DNA of 63,767 nucleotides, the filler included, from Folioceros fuciformis (taxonomy: Eukaryota): NCBI GenBank assembly GCA_049999805.1. It is 6 parts of 6 records of this genome, joined end to end, with 100 filler letters (N's around TTAATTAATTAA, not from the genome) between each part and the next. Parts side by side here need not be neighbours in the genome. Positions count along the whole stretch, not along the records: positions 53,293 to 61,100 come from JBNGIO010001634.1; positions 61,201 to 63,767 come from JBNGIO010001635.1; 4 more parts are not named here. One strand, written 5' to 3'. Of the stretch, positions 56,537 through 63,767 are shown piece by piece. Position numbers and translations under genes: made by a program. The notes under the pieces are model-generated. The model did no database searches. It was not told where the DNA came from and saw only the letters and a list, made by a program, of their open reading frames with translations. Every line of letters starts with the position of its first letter. Position 1 is the stretch's first letter.

Positions 56537-57241
56537 TTCCAGCAGTTGTGAACCAGCAGCAGCGTGGATCTTCGGCGGAAGGCCTTCTTCTTTCTCTTGC
56601 CCGCCATGATTAACCCGTGGGGCTGTCTGAACCTAAAATTCGAACCCCAATTTGCGAAATCCCACATGTGTTTTCCGAAACCCCACATTTTGAGGAACCG
56701 CATACGTATGAATCTTGTTTACGGAAGAACAAATTTCGGAAACCCCAGCTGGATCTGCGAAATCCAAGTAGCCCATCAGGGTGCCGGATGTCATGGCGAT
56801 CACTGGACGACAGTAAGGACAGACTCACTCGCGACACAAGCCAAATGAGCACCACAGTGCGTGCTCGGAACACCACATTGTGCAACAAAACAACTCACAA
56901 ACTTAGCTTAGTCGTAACATTTCTCATTACACCACACCACACCACATCATCAACAAAAGATACAGGTGTGTTACAATTTTAGTTAGCGTAACATGAGCAT
57001 GAGCTGCCAAGCAATGATACAAATGCTGGGTTATATGGAGACAACCTCGTAATAACACATCATATAGCGTAGCTGTTTACAAACAAGATCAAGAACAAAG
57101 AGATTAGTGTGGATGTCCGACAAAAGACTACTATCAAAGGGACTTCATGGACCAAATGCAACCATTAGACGCACGGTTTAATAATGTTATTCAAAAATAT
57201 TAATAAACTGACCCCCCCCACCGGTTTATCTATTTACTATT

Positions 57242-57258
57242 TTTAGGGTTTAGGGTTA
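57242..57258 (+). repeat. Short interstitial telomere-like (TTTAGGG)2
   Basis: tttagggtttagggtt within an AT-rich intergenic stretch. Confidence 0.5.
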
Positions 57259-58157
57259 CTTGAAAACAATTTAGCGTAAATAACGCAGCATTAAAGCAGT
57301 TTAAAGTAAGGCCAACAATTCATGTTCCGCAGCGAGACTCAGGCAGGAAAAAACCTGCAACTCCTGGCGCTGAACTGCCTTCCAAGCCCGACTCTCCTGC
57401 TCCTTGCTTCAGAGTCCAGTTTTGCGGATTCCCGCACCTCACTTCGTCAGAATCTGAACAGGCGTACGGTAGTTGATGAGAACGAAGATCGTACACAACT
57501 AACACTTCATCTTGAGAATAGGAGGAAGATACTCTAGATTCAATCAGGAAATAGGGCACCGCTTTTACTGCATATGGATGTTCCTGTACAACAGATGAGA
57601 GGATGAACGGCTGATTTAAGTCGTCTACGGCTACTATCTGTCACCACCACATAGCTGGAGTGATAATGAAGGACAGAACTGAGTGTATAGGCTCTCAATG
57701 CCTATCCTTTCCCACTGGACCACACTTGTCCTCCTCATAATCCAAGCGCAGATTGAAGAACTAAATAACAATACCTGTTAGGTCCCTGTCAAACAGCTCT
57801 AGTCGAGAGCACTGCAAAACGCAGTTCCTGAATATTGTCAGGACAGGTGCCTAACTTACAGTTGATTTAGACGCCCGCAAGTGCATAAGAAACCTGCAGT
57901 TGTATTCCGTGCTTGGGCTACAAGAAGAAGAGTAATCCAGGCTGGCTTCAGCATCCTACATGCATTTAGCCACACAAAGGTTAGGCTAGGAATCGACTTT
58001 TCCCATTGTACGATTTCTGTGTCATTCCTTTACTACCCCAGGAGGTTAACTCTTATTCAAGAATGAACCACTCCAACCTTTGTGCAATGCCTGGTAAAAT
58101 CATATCATGACCGATTTCCTTCTGCCTCCACCTGCTGCGCAACCAACCACCCATTAC

Positions 58158-59396
58158 TCAGAATCTGATGCCTTCCTCCAGTTCTCCTGTGTCCCTCCTT
58201 TGCAACCCTCCTCTCGGCATGTCTCTTTCTGTCCGTCTCTTGAGACTCCTTCCTGTTCCTGCTCGTTCCCCAGTTTGATCGGATTCAAAATCAGAATCAG
58301 ACATTCGGCTGTATGATCTCTTCGACCCTCTCCGCTCACTTCTTTCCCTCGTCTCTGAATCGGCCCCTTTCTTGCGGTCTCTTTCACTAGTTCCAACCTT
58401 CCCATGCTTTTTGGTAGGGTGGACATCCGCGTCCCGCTCTGTCTCAGCATTGGAGGACGTTGAGCGACTACCCTGTTCATCCTTCCCATTCCTAAGGTTT
58501 CTGCTCTTCCTCGAGTCTTCCGCTTCAATTCTTACGGCCTGCACCTGACTAGGACCAGCCTGCTCATCCTCCCTCCCAACAGTTTGAAGACGGCTTGGTG
58601 CAGAAACCTCCCTACCCCGTCCTTGAGGTTGTCTGGCCGTCTCAGATTTCACTCTGTCACTATTCCTCCTCCTTGCAGAATCTTCACCTGCATCCTGCTG
58701 AACAACAGTAGGCTTGGGCGCACTGCACAACAACCCATATCTTAACACGCTGAGGTCGAAACCTAGAAAAGCTAACAAAACGTGACAAGACATGGGCCTC
58801 CCAAGGTGACTTACGGTGCAAATCCAAGACCTTCTACACGCTGTCCAGGTGAATAATCAGGAGCCGAGTCGTCTTTCACTCCCCTTTTAAAAAGCTCTGC
58901 GGCCTCGTGCTTGTCAATATTGCTACCGCGTGGCTTAGTATCCCGCTTGGGAGCCAGACCTAAAGCTTCTCGCATCAACTGCTCCTCCTCCTCTTTCACC
59001 CTTGCAATCTCCGCCCTCGCAGCATCCGCATCCTTCTGCGAACCGCCCTTGGCATACCAATGCAAATCCTTTCCTGCAAATCACACGTCCAACGCTCACT
59101 ATCCTGTCCACTCGGCATCAAACACTGACACACACAAACATTTACGCACCTTTCTGCCATCTGCCAACCGGAGCCTTGATGCTGTGGCCAAGATAATTCT
59201 CCCGATGCTTGTCATTTTTCACATCGTCCCAATTAAATTCTGCGAACCCAGTGAATCATAAGTAAGCATCGCCAACACCCACACGGTCAAGCAGAGCCCA
59301 AGAACCAGATACACCGCATTCTGCGCATTCTGGATAAAGTGAGAAATCCTTACGATCCCGTCCGCCTCTGACGCCACCGCGAGATGGGTGATACAT
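58158..59396 (-). CDS. MMTAG2: Multiple myeloma tumor-associated protein 2 (C1orf35) homolog, 4 exons
   Basis: [72 protein letters not shown], followed by a charged Arg/Ser/Asp-rich tail. Confidence 0.9.
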
Positions 59397-59951
59397 GATT
59401 CCAACCGGCTACAAAGGCCAGCCAGCTCGATGCCCACCTGCGAAGACGATGCCTTCAATGTCGTGCCGAAAATTGCCGGTCCGCTACAGAACCCTAATAA
59501 CCATGGCCGAGAGTCAATGCCTCCGGCAGGCATACATGTACTGTACATATATAGAGATGCATGCATGTAGAAGTATGTACATCTATGCACGCATCTGTCT
59601 CGGGGAAACGAACCTGGTGCCCTAAACGACCAAAAGCTCGTAGAAAAAGCAACCAGTTAGCGTCCATCGAGGTGGCCAACGTGAATGCAGGAAGAAGCGA
59701 GAGGACGCGCTCGGCGTGCCAGGCCGCGCCTCCCCATTGGCGCAAGCTTCCTGACTCTTTGGTGCCGATGTATCAGCAGGCCGATGTGCGCTTTCCAAGT
59801 GTAGCTTCCAGGAAGTCCCAGCTCAGCCCGTCGGGGGCAGTACGTATATCCAGTTTGTGCAGTTGGTGTTGCTGTTTCGCCCGTCATTGAAGTTGCCGTT
59901 CCGAGGGTTCACTGATACCCTTCCTGATTTGCTCTCCACCTTCCCTTCGCG

Positions 59952-61100
59952 ATGGCTTCCCTGCCCTGCCTCGTGGCCATCTCCGCCCTGGCCTTGGCCC
60001 TGGCCCTGGTCTTAACAGCCTCAAAGGCTCTGGCCGCAGTTGCAGAAGCTCACACAGCAGGCAGCGTCCGCGGCCAGGAAGGCAGCGATCTTGTTTCTGC
60101 TCTTCTTGGGGCAGTGCAGATGCCGGGGGTTTGGGTGGGAATTGCGGCCGTAGCGGCCGTGATGGCGATCACGGCGCGGGGCAAGAAGCCGAAGCAGCGT
60201 GGGGTTCGGGTGGAGCTGGCCCCTGCGTCCGAGACGGAGCCCGCGGAGGAGGGTGTGGTGTACCGCAACCACAGATTCCTGAGCTTGGTGGAGGATCTGG
60301 ACGGGGCGGCCACCTTACCCGCGCTCTTCGAGCAAGCTTGCAAGGAGAAATTCCCGCACAACCGGCTCCTTGGTACCAGAACCCTGGTGAAGCGAGAGGT
60401 GCAGAAGACCGCGGAAGGGAAATCCTTTGAGAAGCTGGTGCTGGGAGGGTACGTGTGGCTCACGTACGCGCAGACATTTAACCGAGTGTGCGATTTCTCG
60501 TCGGGCCTGGCGAGCTTGGGCCATAGGAAGGGAGAGCGGGTGGCCCTGTTCGCAGAGACGCGCGCGGAGTGGCTCATCGCGGCGCAGGCCTGCTTCAGGA
60601 GGAATGCGCCCGTAGTGACCATCTACGCCTCGCTGGGGGAGGAGGCGCTGGCCTTCTCGCTCACGGAGACGGAGGTGACGACGGTGGTTTGCGACGTGAA
60701 GCAGCTGCAGAAGCTGGCCGGGCTGCGGGAGCGGCTCGGGGCGGTCCTCCGGGTGGTGTACATGGAGGACTGGGAGGAGGAGGCGGCGCTGAAGGAGGTG
60801 GTGGAGTCGACTCGGGGGACCGGGTGGACGGTGCTGGCTTTCTCCCAAGTGGAGGCCCGGGGGCAGCAGAGTCCGGTTCCGGCCGACCTGCCAGCGCACT
60901 CGGACACGGCCGTGATCATGTACACCAGCGGGAGCACCGGAATGCCCAAGGGCGTGATGATGTCGCACCGGAACCTGGCGGCCACTGTGGGCGGGATTAC
61001 ACAGCTGTTGCCGGGGCTGGGGCCGGACGACACCTACATCGCTTACCTTCCGCTGGCGCACGTCCTGGAGCTAGCTGCGGAGGTGGTGATGGTGGGGAGC
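59952..61100 (+). CDS. LACS: Long-chain acyl-CoA synthetase, LACS8/9-like, 5' partial (truncated by contig end)
   Basis: YRNHRF..LFEQAC..LLGTR..FEKLVLGGYVW, TIYASLGEEAL, AMP-binding IMYTSGSTGMPKGVMMSH, AYLPLAHVLELAAE. Confidence 0.92.
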
Positions 61101-61200
61101 NNNNNNNNNNNNNNNNNNNNNNNNNNNNNNNNNNNNNNNNNNNNTTAATTAATTAANNNNNNNNNNNNNNNNNNNNNNNNNNNNNNNNNNNNNNNNNNNN
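61101..61200. other. Artificial contig spacer
   Basis: N/TTAATTAATTAA/N linker. Confidence 0.98.
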
Positions 61201-63767
61201 ATTGGCCGTGGTGTTCCTGATTCGGAGCTATATCGTTTGGATGCGATTTGTGAGTCTTCCTCTGCAGCACCAATCATCACTTCTACTACTCCAGCGGATC
61301 TACCTGCCAGTGAACAGGCCAAGTTATGGCATGCCCGCCTCGGACATGTAAATAAAAACTCTCTCATCAAGATGTCTACACAAGATTGTTATGTGGAACC
61401 TCTACCTTCTTGCTTCAAACATTTACCTATCTGTGAAGCTTGTCTGTTGGCTAAACAAAAGGAGAAGCCTTTTCCAAAACATGCTTACAGAACTTCAGGG
61501 CTGTTAGATCTTGTGCATGCCGACATCTCTGGTAAACTGCAAGTACAATCTTTAGGAGGAGCCCTATATTATCTTACAATAACAGATGATTATAGCAGGC
61601 TTACCTGGACGTATACCATGTCTCGAAAGAATGAGACTTTTCACTTCTTTAAGGAGTGGTTTTTCATGGCTCAAAGACAGTCTGGCTGCTTACTCAAATG
61701 TTTACGTTCAGATAATGGAACTGAATTTTGTAACAATACTTTTGATGCCTTTCTTAAGGATCATGGTGTGCTACGCCAACTTACCGTTTCTTATACTCTA
61801 GAGCAGAATGGGGTTGCCGAGAGAAAGAATCAAACCCTCATGGGGATGACCCGCAGTATGCTTAGCCGGGCATCCCTCCCTGCAGAGTATTGGGCAGAGG
61901 CTCTCACCACAGCTACTTACATTCTTAACCGCCTCATTACGACTTCACTTCAAGATAAGACACCTTTTGAGATGTTTCTGGGGTCGCAAGCCAAGCATCT
62001 TACACCTTCGAGTGTTTGGTTCACCTGCATACGCTTACATTCCACCTGAGAAGCGTCAGAAACTTGACAATAGATCACGAGCTTTGATCTTTGTAGGCTA
62101 TGGGGATGAAGCTAAGGCTTATAAGTTAATTGACCCCTCTGATCTTACCCCTGTCCTTGCACGAAGTGTTGTTTTTAAAGAGCTGTTGCATTCTGCTTCT
62201 CCAGATGTTGGTGTTCATCCTTCCTCCGATTCTGATTCTTCTGATGATGACTCTTCAGTTACGGATGTCTTCGCCACACCTCCTACTACCTTCCCTGGAG
62301 CAACTGATGTGGTCGAGCCACCTCCTGTAGAGCCTCCAGATCCTCCAAACCCTGTTGATTTCCCTGACCCCATTAATGATCATGCATCAGCTGAGGGTAC
62401 TTCAATTCCAGATCAGAATCCTGTTCCCTTGGAGCTTTCCACACATCATGCTGATTCAGAGGAGGACTTACCACCTGTCGAGGCAGTACCCCCTTCCCGT
62501 TACAATTTGAGAGCACGAATTCCTCAGGCATAGTGGAAGGAACCCCCTTATAAATCTATCGATTTTCGCAACAGTTCTGCTCATACAGCAATTCCAGGCA
62601 ATGTTCCTATACATCTAGACCCTACCTCTATGGATGAAGCTTACTCTGGACCCGATGCCCATCACTGGCAAGCTGCAGTAGAGGAGGAATATCAATCTAT
62701 TATTAAGAACAATACTTGGATACTTACAGACTTGCCCGGAGGGCGTAAACCAGTAAGCTGCAAATGGGTGTTTGAAACCAAGCTAAATGCCGATGGTGAA
62801 ATTGCTCGCTACAAGGCTCGGCTTTGTGCACGTGGATTCAGCCAAGTTGCAGGTCTTGACTACCAAGAAACTTTCTCTCCTGTAGTCAGAGCACAAAGTA
62901 TTAGAATCCTGCTTGCTCTTACTGCTGAACTTAACCTAGAATTGCACCAAATGGATGTGTGCACGGCATTTTTACATGGTGAAATTGAAGAGGAGATATA
63001 TATGGAACAACCTGAAGGATATGTTAACAAACAATGGCCTAACAAGGTCATGAAACTTCTCAAGGCCCTTTATGGCCTGAAGCAAAGTGCCATGCTTTGG
63101 AATAAACGGTTGGATACTCATCTTAAGAAATTAGGCTTTCTTCAAAGTGCTGCAGACTCTTCAGTGTACTATTTGGCTGATGGATCTGCATTTTGCATCC
63201 AAGCCATTTACGTAGATGACTGCATCTTTGCCTGCACAGATACATCTATATTAGAAACAGTTAAAACACTCCTTAGAAATGAATTCGAAATGAAGTATGT
63301 GGGAGAGTTAAAATTCTGCTTAGGCGGTCAGGTTTTATGTCACAGAGATGCAGGCCTAATCGTTATACATCAAAAGAAGTACCTAACTGAGATTTTGAAG
63401 CGATTTCAGCTTGACCAAGCACGTCCAGTATCCACTCCAGGCTCTGTGGGAGTGAAATTAACTTCTGACCAATGTGCCACTTCTGCTAATGAGCTTGCAG
63501 ACATGGAGAAAGTGCCTTATAGGCATGCAGTAGGCTGCCTAATTTTTATATCTAACTGGACTAGGCCTGACATAGCCTATTCTGTTAGTGCTGTCTCACA
63601 GTTCATGGAGAAACCTGGTCGAGTACATTGGGCAGCAGTGAAACGTATCTACCGTTACCTTAATTAAGGGTACCATGACCGTTGGACTCTTTTATCAATC
63701 TGGATCACCATCAAGTCTCAAATTATCTGCATATACCGATGCTGATTGGGCTACAGACTCTGAATCT
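61201..63767 (+). mobile_element. Ty1/copia LTR retrotransposon pol fragment (pre-integrase, integrase, RT, RNase H start), disrupted
   Basis: LWHARLGH..CEAC (Zn finger), HADI/RSDNGTEF/EQNGVAERKN (DDE), CKWVF, YKARLCARGFSQ, QMDV.TAFL.G, LYGLKQ, YVDD, RPDI, YTDADWA, in INT-RT order (copia). Frameshift ~61975, in-frame TAG 62531-62533, frameshift ~63662. Confidence 0.95.

Noticed and set aside
60050-61061. Antisense ORFs over LACS and the PPR genes
   Set aside because: Shadow ORFs caused by high GC3 and the repetitive coding strand.

Overview
Eukaryotic nuclear DNA from an early-diverging land plant, most likely a hornwort (Anthoceros-like). The evidence is gene-dense sequence, very short (~80-130 bp) introns, and PLS-class PPR genes carrying DYW:KP ('HAEK...DRH') and 'PGxSWW' C-termini. 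The window is six assembly contigs joined by artificial N-TTAATTAATTAA-N spacers, so adjacency across spacers is not biological. Contents: partial F-box/LRR gene, FANCD2, SYF2, a small TM/coiled-coil gene, NRPC2 (Pol III second-largest subunit), a PPR-DYW:KP candidate U-to-C RNA editing factor, a GPI-type nsLTP, ferroportin/IREG, kinesin-8B, a PPR E+/WW-type gene, cytochrome c6A, MMTAG2, a partial LACS8/9-like gene and a decayed Ty1/copia pol. The most unusual item is a spliced gene fusing a trihelix (Myb/SANT-like) DNA-binding domain to an HpcH/HpaI aldolase fold that has lost its catalytic His and both metal ligands, a possible pseudo-enzyme or ligand-sensing transcription factor. The two PPR genes share a highly similar N-terminal repeat block but end in different editing modules. 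All calls come from reading the sequence by eye; no database searches were run.
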